The position numbers and the translations under genes were made by a program. Below are positions 1 through 12,420 of a stretch of 64,000 nucleotides of DNA, piece after piece; within the stretch, counting starts at the first letter, position 1, and the number at the start of each line of letters is the position of its first letter. The DNA is from Cystobasidiomycetes sp. EMM_F5. Lineage: Eukaryota. The DNA lies in the NCBI GenBank assembly GCA_051047955.1, contig JBPGPT010000009.1, positions 310,001 to 374,000 of the forward strand. The letters are read 5' to 3'. A model generated the notes under the pieces. That model did no database searches. It was not told where the DNA came from and worked only from the letters and a program-made list of their open reading frames with translations.

Positions 1-1546
1 GGAGCACAAATTCAAAATGAAATTGACCCAATTGGCTTTATTTTTGGTCAGATGCGAGGCCTGGCGACTACGTAGCCAGTACAAGGTCATCAGTGGGAGA
101 GTAGTTGAGGTACGAGATCTGTACGGCGATGAATACATGATGATCTAAAAGCATGGTTGATATTCGTAGAGAGGGAAATCACGAAATTGGGATGGAAGCA
201 CTATTTCAGGCATGCTGCTCAGTTTCTCCACGTCCAAGACCGCTGTCGTCGACACTAGCGGCGATCCAGTCTTCTTTCCCATAGCGGAGCGCACTGTCTC
301 TCGAACCAGACATGACAAATTTGTCGACGGCGACGAGTGTGGATTGGATGACATGGAGTTTGTAGACGGCGAGCTGAGAATGAAAGAGACAATAGCGGAG
401 GGTTAAAGCGTCCATAAACGAACGGCCTGCAGAGGTTCTTCAGTGTGTACACAGTCTGAGCGTCGTTGTTTACTAAATTTGCAACAAATGCTGCATCGGG
501 AAGGCTTTTGGTAGCACTGCGACAACATTGTGAATGCTAATCGGCCTTGTGTGCCCAGACCGCATCGCATGCGCTGGACAGGCAGATAGGTGGCGCAAGA
601 CTTGGGCAAGTAAAATCATACAATTACATTCTGACAATCTACACACAACGCGTGTCAAACTCTTGCACGTCTACTGCACAAGCATTGCCCGGTCATTGCT
701 GAGCTATTGCGAAAGTCTGTCTAGCTCTTGCCGATCTTGCGTGGTCTTTCCTGGTCTGTCGCAAAAAGGCCCGGTTCTGCTATGTCGGACAAAAGCGGAA
801 GCTAGAGGAAGTTGACATTAAAAGGGCTGGCGTGCGAAAGCTAACGTTTGGATAGACTGATTGTTCACTTTGCACAGCTTTAGACTTGTTTGAAGACGCA
901 GCAAGCGTAGTAAAGACTGCGAAGTTGGACTGCGGCTTTTGCGGGACTCGCAGCAGCTGGAGATTATCCTGACCTTCCCACTGTCATCTTTCCTCTGACA
1001 CACAAGCATTCAGTTGCTGCTTGTCTGCCTTCCTTTACACGTCTGAGACCTTCTACTATATACCGGCAGCTGGATCTGCCTTCTTCACTTAAGCGCTGGT
1101 CGACAAGCACATAACCCCGACTGATCCCACCATTTCGAATCCTTAACCATCTCGTTCCAAAATCACACAATCTTCTGTCGACCTTTGCAACCATGCTTCA
1201 TTCGATAAACGGCCCTTTTCCGATGGCATCGCAAGTCGTTCCGCCCGCTCAGCTGCCCGTGCGCTCCGGTAGGTGGCGGAAACACCCAAAGCTTCGCTCA
1301 ACAGTCTGACACTCGAGCCTTTTGCACCGATTTTGCGACGAATTTCTCTCGCTCGCTTGTCCGCACTCCCTTTGCACTCTGCTCCACCCATCTTCTGTTG
1401 CGTCCTGCGTACCCTCTGAATGCGCACAAACCGTCTGTCTCGGGACGCCATTACCCTAAACATCTGACTGAGCTCCGGCTTGTTGGCGACGCATTCTGCC
1501 CGATAACGCACGTCACTATTCCAACACTGTGATTCTGCGAGGACAG

Positions 1547-3046
1547 CTTGGGCACCAGGGCCAGTCAATGCGACTCTGGAAACGCCTGTTCCACTGCATA
1601 CCACGCACTGGTCACACAACGGCCAACAGAGGGCATACATAACAGGCTATACGCCGACAGTACGGCCCTTCACACTTTGGCCGCAGAAGATCCCATTGCA
1701 TAATTTGCGTGCTTTGGAGAAGGGCTGTTTCGGTCTCACCCATCCTCTGCAAAGCGCTGCCGTCGGTCGCTATACTCAAAAAATCTCGCGACGAGGGCCA
1801 ATTAGCCGAACGCATCATCCGCACGCTTTCTTCGCGAAGCGCACACTGCCACCAGCGCCCTTCTCTGCAAATAGACAGTCAGGTCTACCTGCGCCGCATT
1901 TCTCTCCCTCGCATCTGGATCGCAAGCTTGCAACTTATCGCAAGCGTCACTTTGCCTTTACGGGCGCCCGTTCCGGGCCGCATCGAATTTCGCAAAAGCC
2001 CGTCGATTGTGCGCCTGCACCTGTGCTTTCCAAGTTTATCCGTCACCAGAAGGGTTTGCACGCGCTATCACGCTGCGCCGTTCATAGTCCCGTAATGACC
2101 ATGTTCGGGCATCGCAAAGAGTCGGTGTGTACATCGTTGGCGGATAGACTGGCATATTCGATGATGATCAAAACTCCGCGCATGCCACAAGTGAGGATCG
2201 TTGGCTCTTCTCCTATACTGGAACCATGTATTCCCGATGACTCTCAAAACGAAACTTCTCCCGTTTCCTCGCCCACACTGTCCGAATTCTCCTTATTCTC
2301 GGAACAATCCTCAACCAGCAGCAAAGCCACTACTTTGACATGTGTGAAGGACGAAGAAATGCACACGTCTGTCTCGACTTCGCAACAGCGTAGCACAAGC
2401 ATACTCTTGCACGATGCCCCACTGCATAATGTTTCGCACACTCATTCAGCCAAAGTCTACCTTGCATCGGCACCTTCGCCAGCTGCGGAACCATGCGGCG
2501 CGTATACTTCCAGGATACACGGCAGAAGAAATGCATTAGCTCCGGCTTCTGGCCCTGCTCGGACAGAGAAATCAGTCCGGAAAAATAGAACGCTGTATAT
2601 GGGCAGTTCAGTAAGTCGAGAAGATTCCGGTATTTCAATGTGGCGGATATGCTAATTGATACAATTGTCTCGCGCAGTTGGCAGTCCCCCGTCTGCCCCA
2701 TCCACTGTCCCCACCCGCACGCCTAGAGTCGTCTAAAACAGCCTTACCAAGGCTATACATGCCGCCGCGACGGCAATCTGCTCCGCAATTACAAACGTGC
2801 GGTATCAAGGTGGAGCTTGCAGAAGAAGACCACAGCATGATGTCGCCTGTCGCGAAAGAAGAGGCGGACGGGGACGATGAGCTCGACTTTTGCTGCAAGG
2901 GTCTGGACAGCCCCGTCAATCCAGCTTGTGCAGATCGTCATCTCATCGGATGCAAGCGCGATATGCCAGCAGACCAAATCACTCCTTCGAGCAATACTCT
3001 GGGAGGCCGGCGTGGTCGCCAAGTTGCAATGCTTCGGATTCGTTGA
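1547..3046 (+). CDS. Hypothetical Ser/Pro-rich protein, spliced; true start uncertain (possibly ATG 1193)
   Basis: Frame open from ~1507 to 2655; a GTAAGT...CGCAG intron (~2611-2677) joins it in frame to ORF 2678-3046. No recognisable domain. Confidence 0.5.
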
Positions 3047-3186
3047 TTGATTACGAGAGGGGGGAAAGGTTAAAGAAGCCAGCTCCAAGCTGACAATACG
3101 GAGAGGGAGGTGTGGGGTACCTTCAACGACTTTCTCTACATCTGTCGTAATGATAGACGAGACATCCTGTCCCTATTTCTGTACCG

Positions 3187-3714
3187 TCATGTAGCACTGA
3201 ATCTGCCAAAGACTCGACAGAGGAATTGAAATGCATCTTTCTGTATACCGGGAGCTTCGCTTTCACGTGGCCCGCCTATTGCGCACATTCTAACATTGTT
3301 AGTGTGGATCCAGGTGATGACGCTGTCGACTCCTCCATCGATATTCTCTGCGCAGAGGTCGATGAACAGGAATTGCTCAGGAGCCTTGTCGAGCTTCTTC
3401 GCGTAATCAATCCCATGCTGCGTCCCTGGTGAACTTGTGATCTTTTCTTGACCGCTCTCGCCATACAAAAGCGTAAGAATACCGTCACTCATTCCAATGT
3501 TGCGCTCGGTACGGTCTGCACTGCCAGTTGACTCTGTTTCCTTGAGATGCTGACGGAGGCGTTCTGGAATTCCATACGGACCATGCTCGTTGGTGAAGTC
3601 TTTCGGTACCCAACCACAGCAAGGCAAACCGCAAGCTTCTGCTGCTTCGAGAGCAGCTAGGTCGACGCCAGTCTGACCACCAGAGACTATAATGAGCTGT
3701 GAGGATTGATACAT
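3187..3714 (-). CDS. cpYpsA / 'putative molybdenum carrier' SLOG-superfamily protein (PF12694-like), intronless
   Basis: Motifs IVSGGQTGVDLAAL, CGWVPK, RTERNIGMSDG, PGT and AIGGPRESEAPGI match the family pattern SGGQTGVD...GWCP...RT..NV.DSDG...NVAGPRES..PGI. Confidence 0.85.
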   Translation of the reverse strand: MYQSSQLIIVSGGQTGVDLAALEAAEACGLPCCGWVPKDFTNEHGPYGIPERLRQHLKETESTGSADRTERNIGMSDGILTLLYGESGQEKITSSPGTQHGIDYAKKLDKAPEQFLFIDLCAENIDGGVDSVITWIHTNNVRMCAIGGPRESEAPGIQKDAFQFLCRVFGRFSAT

Positions 3715-3844
3715 GGGTACATCTCGTTAGTTGGTAATGTCGAAGAGGGCAAGTATCCGGCTGCTTTGCGATAGCCGGTCAATATTGAACCACGGCTTTG
3801 CTCTGTACCAGTCTGTAATTACTCACATCCTGTCGCTGATTGGC

Positions 3845-5168
3845 ATGACTGATATCTCTTCAACTGATGCACTCGTATGGCTTGCTTTCTCTCTACTCCC
3901 TTCCCCGCTTAGGCTTCCGCTAAAGACCATTAATCTAATATACAGTATCTAGTAACCGGTGCAAACGGCTACATTGCAGCTCACGCATGCGATCAGCTTT
4001 TGAAGCAAGGACATCGAGTTCGCGGAACAGTCCGCAACATAGCTAAAAACGGCTGGTTGCAAGAGCATTTCGACCATGCGTACGGCCAGAATCGATTCGA
4101 GCTGGTTCAGATCGAAGATTTGACGGAAGATGGCTGTTTTGACAATGCTATCTCAGGTTAGCAGTATACACTCAGTCAAGTCTGTGATTTTACGGAATGA
4201 TTTTACGATAACCGGTTCAAAATTGTAGGATGCACTGGCTTCGCTAATGTGGCCGGCGATGTCAGCTTTGTAGACGATCCAGAGCTTGTGATACCTGCCG
4301 CTATTCGCTCCATTAAGAATGCATTGGCGGCCTGCGACAAGGAAAGTGCGAAAGAGAACAGCAAATTTACGAGATTCGTGTACCTCTCCTCATCCCACGC
4401 CGTCAGGACGCGGAAAACTGGCGTTGTGCAACACATCGATGCCAGCTCGTGGAACGAGGAAGCTGTTCAGCGTGTGCTTGGTCCTCAGGCGGAGTCCGCT
4501 GCACCTCTTGTTACAAAAGATCCCAAAGCGCCGCAATCTATCTACGACGGAATAGCTATTGCAATATACAGTGCCGCCAAGGTCTTGTCGGAAAAAGAAG
4601 TGTGGAAGCATGTCTCGCAGCAAGGAGACAAGCTACCTTACACTGTCAACGCGCTGATCCCAAATTTCAACATCGGAGGGACCGTGCATCTCAAACAAGT
4701 GCAAGAACCTGGGAAACCTGTCTCCGTTATGCGCCTCATGTTTGAAGGGTTAATAGCAGGAAATGCGCATATGCAAGACAGCGTCATTCCACCTCGTAAT
4801 CTACCCGTCTTCGCGGCCGCAACTGCTGAGCGCTGATGGCTTTATCTATGATAGAACGCTTCTGTCCAGTCAGCGACACTGGTCGCCTTCTGACAGCTCT
4901 TCTCACTCGGCCAGATGTCTCCAACGAAAGGGTCATAGCAATGTCGCAATCTTTCAATAGCAACGATTTCATCAACATCTTGCTCGATATACGGCCTCAG
5001 CATACCGATAAGATGCGCCCACTCTTACTTGACAACCCACCACGAGACTTGTCCGAGGTAGACTGCTCAAGAGCCGAAGGTCTTTTGCGGGATATGAAGG
5101 ATGGCAAGGAAGGGTTCCAGTCTCTGCACGCAGCGGTAACAGAGCTCTTAGAGAGTCTTGGCGTGTGA
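3845..5168 (+). CDS. NAD(P)-dependent aldehyde reductase II / Gre2-Ari1-like extended SDR (4 exons)
   Basis: Spliced N-terminus YLVTGANGYIAAH...HRVRGTVRN; FVYLSSS; YSAAK (YxxxK); three GT-AG introns restore frame. Confidence 0.85.
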
Positions 5169-5649
5169 ATCTAATGGCAAGATTCCACTCGCCTTGAGTG
5201 ACGAGTTACGAGTGAAACCCGCACACCGTGCAAAGCCTCTAAGTCGCTTACACAGACCCGTCAAAGTCATCAAAGATTAGGAGCATTTAGGATATGCATG
5301 TAGCTAGATTTGCAGTATCACAACGCTGTCGCATAGCAGCGAGCACGAATGGCGCGCCGCGGAGTGACATAGGACGATATAAAATCATTACAACGATATC
5401 AAGGAGATGAAGGAAATCGAGCAGGCAGGGACAAGGAAGATCAGAATACTAGAGTGAATTAAGGGAGGAACGCCGTCGGCGCAGCATGCAAGTATTGCAG
5501 ATAGGCGTAGTTGATAGTTTCAACGCATACGTGATTGCTTTTTGCTGGCCTAGGTGGTCGACTCTGCATGTAATAGCAATACTAGATAGGGGTCGTGCAG
5601 CCGGAATAGTCATGGTGTATGGCGTGTCTCCAACTCGCATGTTGTGCCC

Positions 5650-7754
5650 TCACGCTGCAGCTATGAGCGTATTAGTAAAAGGCTTCACACTCGAAATTGC
5701 CAGCATGACTCACCAGCAACGACCGGTGTAGAAGACGATGAAACATTCTCATGATGAGCGGAATGACCAATAGAAGCAGTGGCAGCGTGTTCAGCCGTGG
5801 AAGGAGTAGAGTCTGGGGCAGGAAGGGTCGAAGTCTTGGTCTCGGTAGCACCTAGAGCTCCATCGTCATTGCCAGAGAGGGAAGCTTCGGGAATCTCAGT
5901 CTTGACAGACGGGGCAGCATCGGTGGCAGTTGCAGCAGCGGTATTGGACGATTCAGGATTGGCAGCGGTAGATGTAGAGACTTCTCCTGCAGTGGTGACG
6001 GCAGAATCCTCAGCTGCCTCTTCGGTCGGAGTAGCGCCGAGCTCGGCTTCCTTGCGCGTCTTTTCAGACTTGGGAGACACATATTGCATAAATTTGGCAG
6101 AAAGGCGTCGACCGAGTTTAATCTGCAAAAACCACAAGCAAAACGCGTCAGCTTCCCACCACATGTCGCTGTTTATGTCAGACGTCACCTTCTTGGCGTC
6201 CTTTGCCTCCTTGTCCTTCTTTGCTTCTTCGGCCTTCTTGTCATCTACATTCTCAACGTGGGCAGTTTCCTTGGGAGCAGTCTCGGCGGGGACAAACGAA
6301 GGTACGCGCTGTAACCAACGCCATCAGGGTGCCTGACTCACGAGGCAGAATATATCGTCACCTACATCATCGGCAACAGCGGTGCCTTCTGCAATGTGCG
6401 GGTCGAGGACCGCGGCAGTGGGGACAATTGGATCCAGAGTAGGTGCCTCAGTGGAAGTGGCAGTCGCTGCTGGCTGCTCGTCCGTCTGCAAGGCAAAAAG
6501 AGTGGATGTCAGCTTGTATACGCCGCCTCAACGCTGTGCCAGCTCACCTTGACGGCAGCAGGCTCGGCTGCAACGGCAGTAGATCCAGAAGTCTTCTCCT
6601 TCTTTGCCTTCTTGTGATGAGTAGATGAGACATCCTTGGAGTCACCTGGCAGGATAATATGCTTGATCCTGTCAATAATACTTTAGTCTCAACGATCTGG
6701 TTTGTTATGGGGTTTGAGCCGAAAGACACACTTGTCAAGTAAGCTCTCCTTCTTTGGGCTGGTACCGGTACCGGCAGCGGCCGTAGCATGAGCCTTGTCC
6801 TCCTGTTTGATAATTTCACATTCAGCCAAGGCTTTCACACCACGGCGGTCTCCACTCACGGTAGCTGCGGCAGGGGTGGTAGTTGCAGCACCCTCCTGAA
6901 TATGGACATCACCAGTAGCTGGTGCTTCAGACGTAACCGGACCGCCGGCAATGAGAGGACCAGGGGCACTAGTGATAACGCCTTCGTCGCCTGTGAGGGT
7001 GGATGGGGCAGTTGCAGATGGTCCATCGGCAAGAACTACCGCTGGCAGGGTAGGAGCTGTAGAGACTGTCGACGCCTCAACTCCGGCTCCAACGGTCGGA
7101 TTGGCGTTGGCAGCGTGGGCCTGCCGAGGCGAGCCGTCAGAAGAATACAGTTTGTTGGCAAAAGTATTGGACGCACCTCCTTTGCTGCCTCATGTTCGGT
7201 CTTCTCGGTCTTGGGAGACTGCTTGGCGGTAAGGAAGATGAGCGAGGAATAACAATGGTCAAGTTATGAAAGCTACCCACCTTTGCCTTGTTTGGCGAGA
7301 CTGATCTGAAGAGATTCTTGAACTCGCCTACCAGACCACCGCCAGCCTTCTTCTCCTTCTCCTTCTCCTTCTTGGGGGATACCTCCTTTGTGGATGTTGT
7401 AGTCGGGGCAGTCTCAGCTGCAGGTGCCAGTGTTGCAGCATCTGCGGATGTAACAGCATCGTCTACTGGAGAGGCCGTGGTGGCAGCAGCATCGCTGGCA
7501 GCAGTCGCACCTGGACCACCAGTCGCCGGGACTTCGCTCGACGTGGTATCAGCCTCAGTAGCACCAGACGCAGGGTGCCCCTCGGTGACTGGACCATCCG
7601 TCGATGTCGGGTTTACCGTCTCGAGAGCCTCAGTGACTCGCTTGACCTCTGCAGCACCGACGGATGGCGCACTGTCCTCGGCCGAGTGCTCGACTACGAC
7701 AGCGGGTACGACAGCGGGGGACGCTGGAGCAGCGGCATCGTTTACACCAGACAT
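5650..7754 (-). CDS. Multi-exon low-complexity Ala/Thr/Glu/Lys-rich hypothetical protein
   Basis: ATG 7754 follows a probable 5'UTR intron; several exons of similar composition (ORFs 7137-7868 and 5685-6188); basic motifs KNLFRSVSPNKAK and KLGRRLSAKF. Confidence 0.6.
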
Positions 7755-8034
7755 TGTGCTGTGTATAGTCGCACCAACAGCGTCAGTTTCATCATTTTCC
7801 AACTCCAATATTATCATCGTCGAACGGCCTGTGCGACTGTGCGGCTTGACGACGGCGGTCAGGCTCACCTTTGGAAATGAGTGTGAGCGGGATGGGTGTG
7901 CTGAGTGGCAGTTTGTAGGGACGTCGCTGGCAGGACTGTAAGCTCAAACGTCTGCTCGAGCGAGGATGCGAAACGAGAAAAACAGAGACCCGTCAATTTT
8001 TCACTCGTTCAGCCTCTGGGCCTAGCGCCAAATT

Positions 8035-8059
8035 CTCAGCTCAGCTCAGCTCAGCTCGG
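8035..8059. repeat. (CTCAG)4-5 pentanucleotide microsatellite in an intergenic promoter region
   Basis: ctcag ctcag ctcag ctcag ctcgg read directly. Confidence 0.85.
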
Positions 8060-8790
8060 CCCTCCTGGACGGTTCAGGAGAGCGGTCAGGAGCCGGTCAT
8101 TTCGTATGGACGAGCTCTGCAGAAAGCTTTACGGCTGAGAGTAGTCAGTCTGTTCGGATATTGTAATCACATTGCATGCAAGATGCCAGGTTGTCGGAGC
8201 GTGGTTGAGTGTTGCAGCCGTTGGGCGCCTCGATCAGCCGTTGGGAGGACGCGTAAAGTGGAAAGACGGGCAGACTTCGGGCCGACACTGACGGCAAGCG
8301 TAGTATGTAAACTGCTGGTGATATATTAACACCGCTGAAGCTAGACCTAGCGTCTAATCCCTCCTCGCCATAACCTCTGTCCCATCTGCCTGAACCAAAT
8401 GCCAGCTGAAGCTCGGGTTCTTTCTGCCCCGCAATGGACGTCATCCCCTTCATTTCACTAGACGCTTTTATCCACACGAAAGGTTGGGTAATGCGTCTCT
8501 CTGTGCGCGTAAACGCATTGTTTTGAAAAAGAGGCTGGCAAATTTTATGCATGAAATCGGTTGCATGAATCACCGCAGAATTACGCTCGAGAGGCTGGAC
8601 ATTTATGAAAACAATTGATCAGATAGAGCCTGCCACTGAATCGGTTTTCCCTCAGTGCCCACCTTTGTGCTCGTCTCTCCCTCCCATCTCGCACCATCGA
8701 GATATATTTTACACAGACACAGCTCTTTAGCAACCACTCTGGTAAGATATAACGGTGTACCACCACCGACGCGGTAGAGTCCTCTCAGAT

Positions 8791-11700
8791 ATGCCGCAAT
8801 TCCGACGCCCGTCGGTGCTGGCAGTGAGTGCCTGTTTGTCTGCCGTCTACTAGTGGCGAGAGCAGCTGGCTGACTAGTTCGTCACCCACCCATCCACACC
8901 TCCATCTGCCTCCACCACCATTCATTCCCTACTCTTGTGAAACGGCCATTCCCTACTCCCCTGCTGCCTCCTGTGCACTACCACCAGCCCCTGCGACGCC
9001 TCATACAAACCCACATCCGTCGTGGCAGCAACGCATCCAGTCGTGCATCAACCCCAGAGCGTGGTATACGTAGCGATGCAACCTACCTCACTTATGGCGA
9101 CGGCATCATTGGATCATCTGCCACTTCCCTCCCCTCGTCCGAGTCTAGCATCGACAGCTCTGTACTCGTCTCATCCACTGCATCTGATGCGTCTCAAGCA
9201 GCAATCGTCGACAACAATAACACAGCCTCATTGACACTCATGCCAGCCTTCGAGCAGTCCGTCAACGGTGGCAAACATCAGCAGGATGCACAGTCGCTTC
9301 AGTCGACTAGCGATGTCCGCGCTTTCGTTGACCAGCTACACGGTCCACTCGACGTGCAAGCACTCCTCACTCACACTGTGTTGATGGACCTCACCACTCA
9401 GGCTCCTCGCAACTCCTACGTTCGAGAATGCAATGACATACAAGGCGACGACAAGATTCCGCCAAGCGTACCCTGCAACTCTCTCAACTATGGAATCAAT
9501 CTTCAGATTAGTCGACGGGCCACCGTCATGGATGTCTTCACGACTGATGTACATGACAAATCACACACTCCGAAGGTACCCTTCTCCAGTCCCGTCTCGT
9601 CGATTCACCTCAATCTGTCTCAACCCGCAGTCTCTGTCCGCGACATCGACTTTGTTGAACCCCGTCGTGACTACTCTGACGAAAGCGACTACTCTGATAG
9701 CGTCGAGCTAGTCACGCCTCCTGCTTCGCCTATCACAGCTGTCCACTTCAACTACAGCTTGCCAACAGTCTCCACGGACATCAATGACTACTTACCTGTC
9801 TGTGGCACGTCCGCCAGCATTCAGGTTGAAAAAGCGATGACTGCAGATCCCGACGCATCAGACGTGGCCACCTGCGAGGCAGTCGATACTCCTCATACGA
9901 CTCCACGCACAAACACCCCCGTCTCTGGCCGCACCCCAACTACTCTGCCTGCCATGCCGCTGGACCCCGCATGGCCGCTCACGCAGAGCAAGATACAAGC
10001 ATTGCAATCGAGTAAGAGTCAGAGTAAGAGTGTGGCCAAAGGAGACGCCCCAGGCTATCTGACTCGACACGTCAATCTGGAAAAGCGGGGCAAAGCTCGG
10101 AGTTCCTCACCTGCTACCGCAGTACCACAGATTGAGGTCAAAGCAGTCCAAGCGACAGCTACAGTCATACCGACTACTCCTCGAATGGCTGGCGGCTTTC
10201 GTATCGCGGAAAGTCCGAAAGCAGTCTCTTTCGCTGTAACATCCACTGGGACATCAGGCACATCGCTGGAATTGTCTCCGCAAACTGCCTCGCAGGCATC
10301 TCCAATGTCGGCAACCAAGTATACTACTCCATCCAAAGTGAAGGTTGATGTCGAGTACCCTTCGTCACCATCTCCCGTCGTCCGGCGCCCTAGTGGAAAC
10401 GGTGCGAAATGGTCGACCTACTTCGGAGGAAGCAAAGCATCTCCACTCTCAGCCGCTTCTTCTCCTCTTGTCCCTTCTCCTGGTTTGTCTAGCATTAATG
10501 AAGACAAGGAAGAGGAAGCAAGAATAGATGCGGAGACGCCCTCCACTCCGACTCAAAGGAGAATTGTGACCTCTCACGTCAGGCACAGCTCCTGGAAAGG
10601 CACAAAGGAAGCGATTACCTTTGAACTCTTGTCCCCGAGAAGAGCATCCGCCCTTGGTCATAATGCATCTGTACTGGCTTCCGTCGCTGAAGAAGAGGTT
10701 GTCGAGGATGTTGCGAAACAGGTCGAGGTCCCTCTTCTCAATTGTACAAGCGCAGCAGCCGATGTCTCGAACGATGTGTTTGACGTAAACAACGAAACAG
10801 TAAGTGGATTTACTGGTGTCCTTAAACGGTAGTCTGACCTTTGACACTTTCGACAGCATCTAGAAGTTGAAGTGGAAGGACCGGTCCGAGCTGTCACACC
10901 GACAAACATTGTAGCAAACATTGCTGAGATCGGTCGCCGCTGCCTCCGCCGCGCCAGTACAAACGATCTCAACTTCTTTGGGAAGCTCAACACTCTTCGT
11001 CACCACACAAGCTCGAAGGGTGAGACGTACGACAAGAATGCTGAACAGATTTCCGAGAGAAACTCCTTTGCCATTGAAGGTGACTATAAAGTCGGTATTA
11101 CTCGCGCTATATCGGATGCAAAGATATGGAGCGCAAACACGCAAGAATCAATGGACAGGATTCATAACAACCTCAGCTGTTCTACGAATTCTGACGCAAG
11201 CGTCGGCGACAGTGGTTTTATCGATCAGATACCTCGCTCTCCGGCTAAGATCTACGTACGAGACTTTGCCTACGCAGATCTCGCCCCGCCTCGCAAGCCC
11301 CGAGAGTTCGGCAGATTTCCGATGGATCATATACTCGAGAAATTCACCAAAGGCCAGGCTGCACTAGATCAGGGACGGCATGTCGAGAAGGCTATCAGCC
11401 CCGCTCGCATGACTCCGCCAAGGTCTACTCCTATGTATCGCCGGAAATCATGCGGTGACTTGATGACATCGCCAAGTGCATCATTCGTCTTTGTGACTAC
11501 GGCAGATTATACCCTTGCGAACCAATATTTCTCAGTTACCGGTACAGATGGCATCCAGGCAACTCCGCCGGTCGCGACTCCTACTCGTGGAAATCCTTCG
11601 CCCCGTGCCAAACTGACCAAAAATATTCGACCCAAGACGCCTGTTTCCCCTTCTGAACGAGGTATCGAAGGTCGCAAGACACGCTTGCGTGTAAAGACGT

Positions 11701-11990
11701 CCGCCCTTCGAACTTTGTCCCCGGGTGCCTTCGACGCTGCCGTTGCAGTAAATCGCGGAACGACAGTCCTCAACGCCGCAGATACTCCGACTCGCGCTCA
11801 GGCCACTTACTCCTACACTCCGACCAGAAGTGGGTTTGCTCGCCGCCAGCCGTTAGCGCTTGCTCCGCGCGACACCAACGGAGATCTGACCGTCAGCCCG
11901 TGGATGGTGGTCGCCTCCCAAAGAGTGCTGGCAGAACACCAAGTCGGTGTGCGCCTGTGGGATCGCGCTGTGTCGCAGCAGATGCACTGA
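8791..11990 (+). CDS. Large Ser/Pro/Thr-rich disordered hypothetical protein (3 exons)
   Basis: Exon 1 MPQFRRPSVLA|GTGAGT...CCAG joins the ORF 8937 frame; intron ~10800-10856 joins ORF 10872-11990. Confidence 0.7.
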
Positions 11991-12420
11991 CAGCAGCTGT
12001 GCGCATCGTTGCAAGCATACCTGTGGAGCATCGAGATTGATTATGCCGCATTTACGACTTCGCTTTCCTTGGCCGATTCGCGCAGCATTTGCTAGATACG
12101 CTCCGTCGATAAAGATAAACCAAAACAAATATCAATCACGTTACAGAAGGATTCGCCCCTTTCACCCAACATTGCTTACTAGATTCTGCATACACGACTT
12201 TATACGAATTTCGAGCTTCGTTTTCTGTGCCATACCCATGGGTAGGTCAAACATACCTTGTCACTCGTTCTTTATTAGCAGCTCCTGCTTTATTACCTAG
12301 CCGTTGTTGTAGCAAGAATGACGAAACATTCCTTTCTTGTACCAACGAGCAGCATGGACACTATCATTTCGACTGCATTGGCATGATTGACCACAGCTGA
12401 ACAAAAAGTCGACAAATCTA

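Noticed and set aside
1..1190. Several short overlapping ORFs at the window start
   Set aside because: No recognisable motif or consistent splice model; may be intergenic or part of a gene extending outside the window.
3136..3189. TGA-CGG context after the cpYpsA stop
   Set aside because: The extension is only 16 codons with no PTS1; consistent with chance.
5779..7941. Long antisense ORFs opposite low-complexity genes (also 13022-13450, 41537-41914, 57136-57876)
   Set aside because: Shadow ORFs caused by codon bias of the real gene on the other strand.
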